Source: Alphaproteobacteria bacterium (GTDB taxonomy: Bacteria > Pseudomonadota > Alphaproteobacteria > CALKHQ01). From it: a DNA stretch of 64,000 nt. Below, one piece after another: positions 55,392-64,000 of the stretch; position 1 is the first letter of the stretch; every line of letters starts with the position of its first letter. Under the pieces are notes generated by a model, which had not been told where the DNA came from, searched no databases, and was given only the letters and a program-made list of their open reading frames with translations. Made by a program: the position numbers and the translations under genes. Location of the stretch: assembly GCA_965227515.1 (NCBI GenBank), contig CBDDFZ010000001.1, forward strand, positions 512,001 through 576,000, given 5' to 3'.

Positions 55392-56029
55392 TCAGCCGTC
55401 GATCAGGCGATCCAGCAGGCGCCGCAACGCGATGGCACGATGGCTGTAGCGCGCCTTGTCCTCGCCCGGCATCTCGCCGAAGGTGCGCTCATCGCCGTCG
55501 GGCACGAACATCGGGTCGTAGCCGAAGCCATGCGGCCCGCGGGGCGGCCAGACCAGCGTGCCGTCGACCCGGCCGTCGACCACGATCTCGCCTTCCGCGC
55601 CCGAAAGCCCTGGCCATTGCAGTACGACAACGGAGATGAAATGGGCGCGCCACTTGTCCGGCCCATCGCCGTCCGTTGCCGCGACCCGCTCGTTGAGCTT
55701 GGCCATCGCCATGCCGAAATCGCGTTCCGGGCCGGCCCAGCGGGCGGAATGGATGCCGGGCGCGCCGTCCAGCGCCGGCACCACCAATCCCGAATCGTCG
55801 CCGATTGAGGGCTTGCCGGACAGGTCGGCCGACGACTGCGCCTTGATGCGGGCGTTGTCGACGAACGAATCCCCGGTTTCCTCCGGTTCAGGCAAGCCGA
55901 GCGCGCCGGCGCTGTCCACCGAAACGCCCCAGGGCGCCACCAGCTCGCGCATCTCGGCCAGCTTGCCCGGGTTGTGGGTCGCCAGCACCAGGCCGCCGGC
56001 CAGCGCATCGGTCCAGGAGCCCGGCGCCA

Positions 56030-56033
<4 letters not shown>
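55392..56033 (-). CDS. rdgB: Non-canonical purine NTP pyrophosphatase
   Basis: [35 protein letters not shown]. Confidence 0.94.
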
Positions 56034-56785
<752 letters not shown>

Positions 56786-56883
56786 AACCCTCTCTATCCT
56801 GATGAATCCGGTGCGGCATACCAGCCGGCTCCGGCCGCGCAACCGTCATCCCCACGCTGCGCGAACCACGGGCCGACCGCAGC

Positions 56884-56913
56884 GTTGACGCTGGCCGGCA
56901 CGAACCTTACATA
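56884..56913 (+). promoter_or_regulatory. Putative RpoH promoter of hrcA-grpE
   Basis: GTTGAC-N15-CCTTACATA in the rph-hrcA divergent gap. Confidence 0.5.
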
Positions 56914-57048
56914 CCGCCAAGCCTTCCGGCCACCGCCCGCTTGGGTGGGCGGCGCGCCGAAGCGGCCATTCGATACGCGGGGTGGAGACCAACTGCAAGC
57001 ATGGCGACCGGTGGCAATCGTGGCGACCCGACGCAGGCGACCAATCCG

Positions 57049-58119
57049 ATGAAGGGGTTGGATCGGCGCGCGCGCGACGTGCTGCGCCATGTCGTCGACG
57101 CGTTCGTGGAGACCGGGGGGCCGGTCGGCTCGCGCAGCATCTCGCGCCACATGTCGCTGTCGCTGTCGCCGGCAACGATTCGCAACGTGATGGCCGACCT
57201 GGAGGACGCTGGCCTGCTCTATGCGCCGCACACGTCCGCCGGGCGGCTGCCGACCGACGCCGGGCTGCGGCTGTTCGTCGACGGTATCCTGCAGGTCGGC
57301 GAATTGTCGGACACCGAGCGCCGCAGCATCGAGAGCAGTTGCCGGATCGAGAACCGCAACGTGCAGCGGGTGCTGGAAGCCGCCACCGACACCATGTCTG
57401 GCCTGGCCGCGTGCGCCGGCCTGGTGGTGGCGCCGAAGTCCGACGCGCCGCTGAAGCACATCGAATTCGTCAACTTGGCGCCGGGGCGGGCCCTGGTGGT
57501 GCTGGTCACCGGCGACAACCAGGTCGAGAACCGCGTGATCGAGGTGCCGGTGGGCCTGCCGCCCTCCAGCCTGGTGGAGGCGACCAACTTCCTGAGCGCC
57601 CAACTGGTCGGGCGCACGCTGTCGGAGGCGCGCACCGCGATCGAGCAGGAGCTGTCGACCCAGCGCGCCGAGTTGGACGCGCTGACCAAGCGGGTGGTCG
57701 CCGCCGGCCTGGCAAGCTGGACCGACGACGGCTCCGACGACGGCCTGCTGATCGTGCGCGGCCAGTCCAACCTGCTGGCCGACGTCAGCGCGGCGGAGGA
57801 TCTGACCCGCATCCGCACCCTGTTCTCGGCCCTGGAGCGCAAGCGCACAATGCTGCAGCTCATCGACTCGGCCGGGTCGGCGGATGGCGTGCAAATCTTC
57901 ATCGGCGCCGAAAGCGACCTGTTCGACCACACCGGCTGCTCGCTGGTGATCGCGCCGTTCCGCGACAGCCAGGAAAAGGTGGTCGGCGCTGTCGGGGTCA
58001 TCGGCCCCACGCGCATCAACTACGCCCGCATCATCCCGGTCGTCGACTACACCGCCCAGGTCATCGGGCGGATGTTGCCCGGAAGCGGCATCTCGGCCAC
58101 CGATCAGGTCGATAGCTAA
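57049..58119 (+). CDS. hrcA: Heat-inducible transcription repressor
   Basis: PVGSR, SPATIRNVMADLE, PHTSAGRLPT, GVIGPTRINY; start 57049 or 57001. Confidence 0.95.
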   Translation: MKGLDRRARDVLRHVVDAFVETGGPVGSRSISRHMSLSLSPATIRNVMADLEDAGLLYAPHTSAGRLPTDAGLRLFVDGILQVGELSDTERRSIESSCRIENRNVQRVLEAATDTMSGLAACAGLVVAPKSDAPLKHIEFVNLAPGRALVVLVTGDNQVENRVIEVPVGLPPSSLVEATNFLSAQLVGRTLSEARTAIEQELSTQRAELDALTKRVVAAGLASWTDDGSDDGLLIVRGQSNLLADVSAAEDLTRIRTLFSALERKRTMLQLIDSAGSADGVQIFIGAESDLFDHTGCSLVIAPFRDSQEKVVGAVGVIGPTRINYARIIPVVDYTAQVIGRMLPGSGISATDQVDS

Positions 58120-58185
58120 TCAACTTGGCATCATGCCTATAATTCTCGTCACGAATGTAAATATCATCGAACCGACGGAGCAGTA

Positions 58186-58860
58186 ATGAGCGACCCCAAG
58201 CGACCGGACAGCACAGAGGGCACCTGGCCGCACGACGACGGCGGCGTCTCCGGCGCACCTGGCGCGGAGCACGCAGCCGACACCCCGCCGCCCGAAGGTG
58301 ACCCAGGCGACGACCCGGCTGCCAACGACCCCAGCGATATCGGCGGCGACGACGTGCTCGCGGCATTGCAGGCGGAAAACGCGCAACTGCGCGACCACGT
58401 CGTGCGCACGCTCGCCGACATGGAGAACCTGCGCAAGCGCACCGACCGCGAGAAGGACGATGCGCGCAAATACGCCGTCAGCGGCTTCGCCAAGGATCTG
58501 CTGACCGTCGCGGACAATCTGGAGCGCGCGCTCGCCGCAATGCCGAGCGGCGACGATCCGCAGGCCCAGGCCGCCAAGCCGTTGGCCGAGGGCGTGGAGG
58601 CGGTGCAGCGCGAACTGATGGCCGCGTTCGAACGCAATGGCGTGCAGCGGATCGAGGCGCTGGGCGAACCGTTCGACAGCAATTTGCACGAAGCGGTGAT
58701 GCAGGCGCCCTCCGCCGACTACCCGCCGGGCACCGTGTCCCAGGACCTGCGCACCGGCTACACCCTGCACGGGCGGCTGTTGCGCGCGACCATGGTGGCA
58801 GTGGCGACCGCACCGGCCGGTGGCGCCGCAGCCGACGACGGGGTCGACAAGACGGTCTAG
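58186..58860 (+). CDS. grpE: Nucleotide exchange factor GrpE
   Basis: ADMENLRKR, DNLERA, FDSNLHEA, GY.L.GRLLR..MV.V. Confidence 0.96.
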   Translation: MSDPKRPDSTEGTWPHDDGGVSGAPGAEHAADTPPPEGDPGDDPAANDPSDIGGDDVLAALQAENAQLRDHVVRTLADMENLRKRTDREKDDARKYAVSGFAKDLLTVADNLERALAAMPSGDDPQAQAAKPLAEGVEAVQRELMAAFERNGVQRIEALGEPFDSNLHEAVMQAPSADYPPGTVSQDLRTGYTLHGRLLRATMVAVATAPAGGAAADDGVDKTV

Positions 58861-58888
58861 ATCGGGAGCAGCTTACGCTGAATTTGCG

Positions 58889-58959
58889 CCAGCCCTCTCC
58901 CCCACCCGGCCACCCACGAAAGTATCCTGCCTGGGTGGCCGGGTGGGGGAGAGGGCCGG
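58889..58959. repeat. Palindromic repeat, copy 2 (inverted relative to copy 1)
   Basis: Same arms as 52528-52597; loop AGTATCCTG is the reverse complement of CAGGATACT in copy 1. Confidence 0.85.
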
Positions 58960-58981
58960 TGCCGACTTAAGTGATCATGCT

Positions 58982-59878
58982 CTAGGTCTTGAGAGTCGCC
59001 AGGTCCGCCGCCCGCATCCGCGCATAGCCGCGTTTCGCCGCCGCAGGGCTGCGGTTGGCATAGCAATAGACGCAGCCGTGCGGGCAGGTGTCATAGGCCC
59101 CGATGTCGCGGGATTCCGCGCACATGCACCCCGGGCGGTTGCCTTTGATGCGCGCCGTCATCTCGTGTCCCGCCACCCTGGACAGTCGGGCGCCGTCGAT
59201 GCAGGCCGCGGCCCCTAACGGCGAACCCTTCGCCTCGACCGAGGCCAGCAGGTCCGGCTGCGCGCACAAGGTGGCAGCCAGGCCATGCGCGGCGGCGATG
59301 CCAGCCAGGTCGCGCAGCAGCGCGGCCTTCTCGGCGGGCGGCGGATCGTGCCACGTGACACCGTGCGCCGCCGTCATCCGGTCCAGGTTGCGCCGAGTCT
59401 TGGCATAGATCGCGGCGAACGACAGCACGACCTCGCCGGTCAGGCCCGCCAGCTCTGCCGCCAGCCGCGCGAATTGCCGGCGATGCCAATCAGGCGGCGT
59501 CGCATCGGTGATCAGCACAGGGTCGTAGCGCCAGACCACCGCATCCGGGCCAAATGCCGCCCGCATTTGGCGGAAAACGGCGATCTGATGCGCGGTCGAC
59601 GGTACCGAGGCATCCAGCGCGCGCGGGTAGCCGATGACCGTGAACTGCACAACGAACGGCCACTTCTCGCCGTGCAGCCGCGCCAGCGTGGCCATGAAGG
59701 GCGCGGGATTGCGGGTCCAGAACACGAAGCCGTCGACCGAGGCGCGGTCCAGCGCCACCCGGGTCGGCGGCCCGCCATAGGGATTGGCCACCTCGCATAC
59801 CCCGCGCGCCAGTTGCGCCGTGAACCAATCGCCGTGAAAGGCGGGAATGTCGGTGCGGTAGGAGGCGGAAACGATCAT
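58982..59878 (-). CDS. DUF1848-family protein
   Basis: MIVSASYRTDIPAF, FWTRNP, WRYDP, CID, R.GC.C..S.DIGAYDTCPHGCVYCYA. Confidence 0.88.
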   Translation of the reverse strand: MIVSASYRTDIPAFHGDWFTAQLARGVCEVANPYGGPPTRVALDRASVDGFVFWTRNPAPFMATLARLHGEKWPFVVQFTVIGYPRALDASVPSTAHQIAVFRQMRAAFGPDAVVWRYDPVLITDATPPDWHRRQFARLAAELAGLTGEVVLSFAAIYAKTRRNLDRMTAAHGVTWHDPPPAEKAALLRDLAGIAAAHGLAATLCAQPDLLASVEAKGSPLGAAACIDGARLSRVAGHEMTARIKGNRPGCMCAESRDIGAYDTCPHGCVYCYANRSPAAAKRGYARMRAADLATLKT

Positions 59879-59910
59879 CGCGACCCGTGAGATCAGGCGG
59901 CCCGCGCCAC

Positions 59911-60561
59911 CTATACTCCCTCCTTTGCGTCGTAGAGGCACCATTCGGCGACCGCGCAGGAAGGGCAAGCCGGCTTGCGCGCCTTGCACACATAGCGGCC
60001 ATGCAGGATCAGCCAGTGGTGCGCGTGCTGCAGCCATTGCTTGGGCACCCGGCGCAACAGCGCCTTTTCGACCTCCAGCGGGGTCTTGCCGGGCGCGAGC
60101 CGGGTGCGGTTGGCGAGCCGGAACAGGTGCGTGTCGACCGCGATGGTCGGCTCGCCGAACAGCGTGTTCAGCACCACGTTCGCGGTCTTGCGCCCCACGC
60201 CGGGCAAGGCCTCCAGCGCGGCGCGGTCGTGGGGAACCTCGCCGCCGTGGCGTTCCAGCAACTGTTCGCTCAGCGCGATCACGTTCTTCGCCTTGTTGCG
60301 GTAAAGCCCGATGGTCTTGATCGCCTCGCGCAAGCGCTCCTCTCCGAACGCGACCATCTTCTCCGGGGTGTCGACATCGACGAACAGGGGTGCGGTCGCC
60401 TTGTTGACCGCGGCGTCCGTGGTCTGCGCCGACATCACCACCGCCACCAGCAGGGTGAAGGCGTTCTTGTAGTCCAGCTCGGTCGTCGGTTCCGGATTGG
60501 CCTTGGCCAGGGTTGCAAAGAATGCGTCCACCGACGCCTTGCTCATCAGCTTCTTGGCCAT
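59911..60561 (-). CDS. nth: Endonuclease III
   Basis: SAQTTD, LPGVGRKTANVV, VDTH, LHGRYVCKARKPAC..C.....C. Confidence 0.96.
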   Translation of the reverse strand: MAKKLMSKASVDAFFATLAKANPEPTTELDYKNAFTLLVAVVMSAQTTDAAVNKATAPLFVDVDTPEKMVAFGEERLREAIKTIGLYRNKAKNVIALSEQLLERHGGEVPHDRAALEALPGVGRKTANVVLNTLFGEPTIAVDTHLFRLANRTRLAPGKTPLEVEKALLRRVPKQWLQHAHHWLILHGRYVCKARKPACPSCAVAEWCLYDAKEGV

Positions 60562-60704
60562 GTGCCCCGCCAACATTTCCGTGGTCATCGTACCGTGGGC
60601 GTGACGTTCGGTCGCAAGCGCGCCCGATGCCCCCCACGCGCGCCATTCATATCATCAGGAACGACATTGTCGCGGACCAAAGGCACAGGCATCCTGAACC
60701 GGCG

Positions 60705-61217
60705 ATGACAGCCAACCCAACCACCGATAACCCCGACGGCCCGGGCGCCCCGGTGATTTTCGACGCGGTGCTAACCCCGCACCGCAGCATGTCGCCGCGC
60801 GTCGCCCGCATGCTTGTGCTGGGCTTCGCGCTGATCAGCGCCACTGCCGGCGTTGCCTTCGTCGCCAATGGCATGTGGCCGATCGCCGGCTATTTCGGGC
60901 TCGACGTGCTGCTGGTCTGGTTCGCATTCCGCGCCAGTTTCCGCGACGCGCGCCGGTTCGAGACCGTGCGCCTGACGCCTGTCACCACCACGGTGCGGCG
61001 CGTGCTGCCCAGCCGCCAGGAGCGGAGCTGGTCGCTCAACACCGCCTGGCTGAAAGTGGAACACGACCCGGATGCCCTGCCGGCGCGGCCGATCACGCTG
61101 CGCAGCGCCGGCAAGTCGCTCAGCATCGGCCGCTTCCTCACCCCCGGCGAGCGCGGCGACCTGGCCGATGCCCTGCGCGCGGCGCTCGCCCGGCTGCGCG
61201 GGCCACACCTCGGTTGA
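60705..61217 (+). CDS. DUF2244-family membrane protein
   Basis: AVLTPHRSMS, G.WPI.G..GLDV, IGRFL...ER..LA.AL; divergent from nth. Confidence 0.85.
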   Translation: MTANPTTDNPDGPGAPVIFDAVLTPHRSMSPRVARMLVLGFALISATAGVAFVANGMWPIAGYFGLDVLLVWFAFRASFRDARRFETVRLTPVTTTVRRVLPSRQERSWSLNTAWLKVEHDPDALPARPITLRSAGKSLSIGRFLTPGERGDLADALRAALARLRGPHLG

Positions 61218-62170
61218 CTACACCCCGGTTGAGCGCACCCCCGCTGACGGCCGACACGCCGGCCACGCCGGAACCCCGCGTTTCGCAGGGCAGCAGTTTG
61301 CGCACCGGGCCACTGGAACTGGCGATGGTGGTAGCGCTGGGCTGCATCTGGGGCGGCAGCTTCACGTTGATAAAGCTGGGCGTCGAGACCATCCCGCCCG
61401 TCACCCTCACCTTCACGCGGATGCTGATCGGCGCGGCCATTCTCGGCGCGATCTGCGCCATCCAGCGCACCCCGTGGCCACGCGGTCGCGGCGTCTGGCT
61501 GGTCATGCTGGGCGTGGCGCTGGCCGGCAATGTGGTGCCCCAGGTGCTAATTTCCTGGGGCGAGACCCGCATCGATGCAAGCCTGGCCGCCATTCTGATG
61601 GCGATGATGCCCATCGGCGCGCTCGTCATCGCCCATCTGCTGACCACCGACGAGCGATTGTCGGTGCGCCGGGTCTGCGGCGTCGTGCTCGGTTTCGGCG
61701 CCGTGCTCGTGCTGGTCGGCCGCGATGCCCTGGCCGGCATGGGCGGCGCCGTGATCGCGCAGCTTGCCGTCGCATTCGGCGCCATGAGCTATGCTTATTC
61801 CGCCGTGCTCAGCCGCCGGCTGGCCGGCGTGCCGCTGCTCAGCCTCGGCACGGCGACACTGACGCTGGGCGCGGTGGTGCAACTGCCGGTGATGCTGGCG
61901 TTCGAGGCGCCCTGGCGGCTGGAGCCCTCGACGACGTCAATGCTGGCCGCGGCCGGGCTCGGCGTGGTGTCGACCGGGGTCGCCACGCTGCTCTATTTCG
62001 CCGTCATCACCCGTGCCGGCGCCACCGTGCTGGCCATGAGCAACTACCTGGTGCCGCTGGTCGGCGTGCTGATCGGCGCGGTGTTCCTGGGCGAGGCGAT
62101 CAGCTACGCCGCCATCGTGGCGCTTGCGATGGTGATGGCCGGGGTCTGGCTGATCAGGACCAGGGCTTGA
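61214..62170 (+). CDS. DMT/EamA-family transporter
   Basis: IWGGSF, about 10 TM helices, YLVP..GV..G..FLGE; start uncertain (TTG 61214 or ATG 61325). Confidence 0.88.
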   Translation: MTTPRLSAPPLTADTPATPEPRVSQGSSLRTGPLELAMVVALGCIWGGSFTLIKLGVETIPPVTLTFTRMLIGAAILGAICAIQRTPWPRGRGVWLVMLGVALAGNVVPQVLISWGETRIDASLAAILMAMMPIGALVIAHLLTTDERLSVRRVCGVVLGFGAVLVLVGRDALAGMGGAVIAQLAVAFGAMSYAYSAVLSRRLAGVPLLSLGTATLTLGAVVQLPVMLAFEAPWRLEPSTTSMLAAAGLGVVSTGVATLLYFAVITRAGATVLAMSNYLVPLVGVLIGAVFLGEAISYAAIVALAMVMAGVWLIRTRA

Positions 62171-62294
62171 TTGTTTCAGCGTACACTTCCCGATCCCACT
62201 TCCCTTAACCCGGTCTTTACCAGCGCAGGCGCAAGACAAAGCGTTTCTTAATCATGCCCCGTTGGCCACGGCCCGCAGGCCATCCAGCGGGGGG

Positions 62295-63635
62295 ATGCCG
62301 GAGAGCGCTGTGTCAGGCACCAAGTTCATCGTCGAGACCTACAACGGCCATGCGTGGGTCACCCACACCCGCAGCGACGACCTGGATGCCGCCGGCCATG
62401 CCGCCCGCGCCCTGCTGGCGGAAGACGCCAAACAGGCGATCCGCCTGACCAAGAGCACGTTCAACCCGAAGACCTACGATTTCGAGAACAGCATCCTGTT
62501 CTCCCACGGCCGCATCCGCGCCCAGTGGCTGCCGAAAGTGAAGACATTCGTTGCCGCCGCATCGTTCGCCGGCGCCGGCGTGTTCGGCATGGCCGCCGTA
62601 GCCGACAGCGCGTGGCTGAGCGACATGTTCGACGCGCCCACCCAGGCGGTCGCCCAGTTCTTCAATCCGTCCTACGACGACCCGCTGCCCGCCGCATCCG
62701 CCCGCCCGATGGCGAGCGACATCGATCTTGCCGCCCTGGCCCCGGCCGCCGGGTCCCATGGCGACGTCCCGGCAGACATCGAACCTATCGCCGAACAATT
62801 CGACTGTGATGCCTTCATGTCCGGCCACAACACCGACGTACCGGCGGAAACGGCGGCCGATACCATCGCGCTCTGCCGCAGCGCGACGGATGGAAATGCT
62901 CCCGCCCAGCGCGACCTGGGCCTGCTCTATCGCGACGGCAATGGCGGCGTGGTCCGCGACGACGCGATGGCCGTCGGCTGGCTGCAGCGCGCGGCACGGT
63001 CCGGCGAGGTTGCGGCCTATGCCCCTCTGGCCGCCCTGTTGCTGGCCGATGAGGAAAATACGGAGTCCGTCGAGCGCGCCATCGGCTGGCTGCACGCCGC
63101 CGCCGTTGCCGGCGACAGCGACAGCGCCGTGCAGCTCGCCGCGATCTATCGTGCTGACGAGCTGGTGGCGCCGGACCCGCGGATGGCGCTTGCCTACGAC
63201 ATGATGGCGGCCGAACTGGGCGAGACCGACGCCATGCGCCGTGTCGCCGACGCCTTCGCGCAAGGGATCGGCACTGTGCAAGACGAGCGCGCCGCCGCCC
63301 GCTGGCAGGCGCGTGCCGATGCGGCCGAAACTCCAGTTGAAGCCGTCACCGTGAATGGCGCAAGCAGCGAAGCTGCGGCGCCGCAGCCGGCGATTGTCAC
63401 CCTGCAATGGGAATCGCCCATCGCCGAAGCGCAGGCCCCGGGCGGCGCCCTGGCGATGCCGCCGGCGTTCTCGGCCATCGGCGCTACGCTTGACAGCGGG
63501 GTCGACATGGACAGCGACTTCACCGCCCCGGCCGGCGCGCTGGGGGCCACGTTGGCTGACGCGCATACCCCTGCCGCGCCCGCGACGCCTGATGTGCAGT
63601 GGGCGGCACCGACCCTCGGACCGGCGCTGAGCTAG
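62295..63635 (+). CDS. Membrane-anchored Sel1-like repeat protein
   Basis: Single TM, then AQRDLGLLYRDGNGGVVRD..A..W..AA.SG and further Sel1 repeats; low-complexity tail. Confidence 0.75.
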   Translation: MPESAVSGTKFIVETYNGHAWVTHTRSDDLDAAGHAARALLAEDAKQAIRLTKSTFNPKTYDFENSILFSHGRIRAQWLPKVKTFVAAASFAGAGVFGMAAVADSAWLSDMFDAPTQAVAQFFNPSYDDPLPAASARPMASDIDLAALAPAAGSHGDVPADIEPIAEQFDCDAFMSGHNTDVPAETAADTIALCRSATDGNAPAQRDLGLLYRDGNGGVVRDDAMAVGWLQRAARSGEVAAYAPLAALLLADEENTESVERAIGWLHAAAVAGDSDSAVQLAAIYRADELVAPDPRMALAYDMMAAELGETDAMRRVADAFAQGIGTVQDERAAARWQARADAAETPVEAVTVNGASSEAAAPQPAIVTLQWESPIAEAQAPGGALAMPPAFSAIGATLDSGVDMDSDFTAPAGALGATLADAHTPAAPATPDVQWAAPTLGPALS

Positions 63636-63641
63636 ATCGGC

Positions 63642-64000
63642 TTACGCTGGGTCGGCGCCAGCCCGCCGTGGCTTGGCCGGGATCAGCAGGCTCTCGATAG
63701 ACCTGAACGCCGACCAGCAGGCATACCAGTAGCGGCGCCTGCCGAACCCGCCGGCCTTCAAGACGCGCCCGTGGTCGAACCAGACCAGGAACACGACGCC
63801 GCAGAAGAACGCGCGCTGTAGGCGCACCCGCCAGGCGTTGCGCCACGGCGGACCGCCCACGCGCAACCGGCCCAGGGTGCCGGCCTGGAACACGACATGG
63901 GCACGCTCGTCGCGCAGGATTTCCGCGCAGATCGAGCGCAGGGTTAGCGATCCGGTCGCCCGCGCAAGGGCCTGGTAGTACACCAGCGCGATCAGTTCCG
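63642..64000 (-). CDS. Ferritin-like domain protein (partial, 3' end only)
   Basis: ELIALVYYQAL..ICAEILRDERAHV.F di-iron-type ExxH motif. Confidence 0.7.
   Translation of the reverse strand, partial: ELIALVYYQALARATGSLTLRSICAEILRDERAHVVFQAGTLGRLRVGGPPWRNAWRVRLQRAFFCGVVFLVWFDHGRVLKAGGFGRRRYWYACWSAFRSIESLLIPAKPRRAGADPA

Overview
High-GC alphaproteobacterial (Rhodospirillales-like) chromosome segment, probably near the origin: mnmE-mnmG-rsmG-parA-parB with two parS palindromes. It is mostly core genes: polyamine uptake/transaminase, petP-ompR-envZ/ilvE, purQL-bolA-grxD, a fused indolepyruvate oxidoreductase, motAB, dnaKJ, the yraN/rsmI/lpoA cluster, hemW-rdgB-rph, hrcA-grpE and nth. There are two insertion sequences and at least five families of small palindromic repeats/MITEs. 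The main result is an IS110-family (IS1111-type) element at about 46687-48108, inserted at an AG core inside a GTAG-type REP. Its 3' non-coding region contains, in two predicted internal loops, segments matching both flanks of its target and both halves of its own circle junction, which is the layout of a bridge/seek RNA readable directly from the sequence. Other oddities: a signal-peptide-bearing degenerate ABC-ATPase-like protein, an IS5 stacked on a MITE 1 nt upstream of a start codon, a MotB with a long repetitive acidic linker, and YTAG-bounded palindromes that carry stop codons of convergent genes. No rRNA, tRNA or CRISPR array was seen. All calls come from manual reading, with no database searches.
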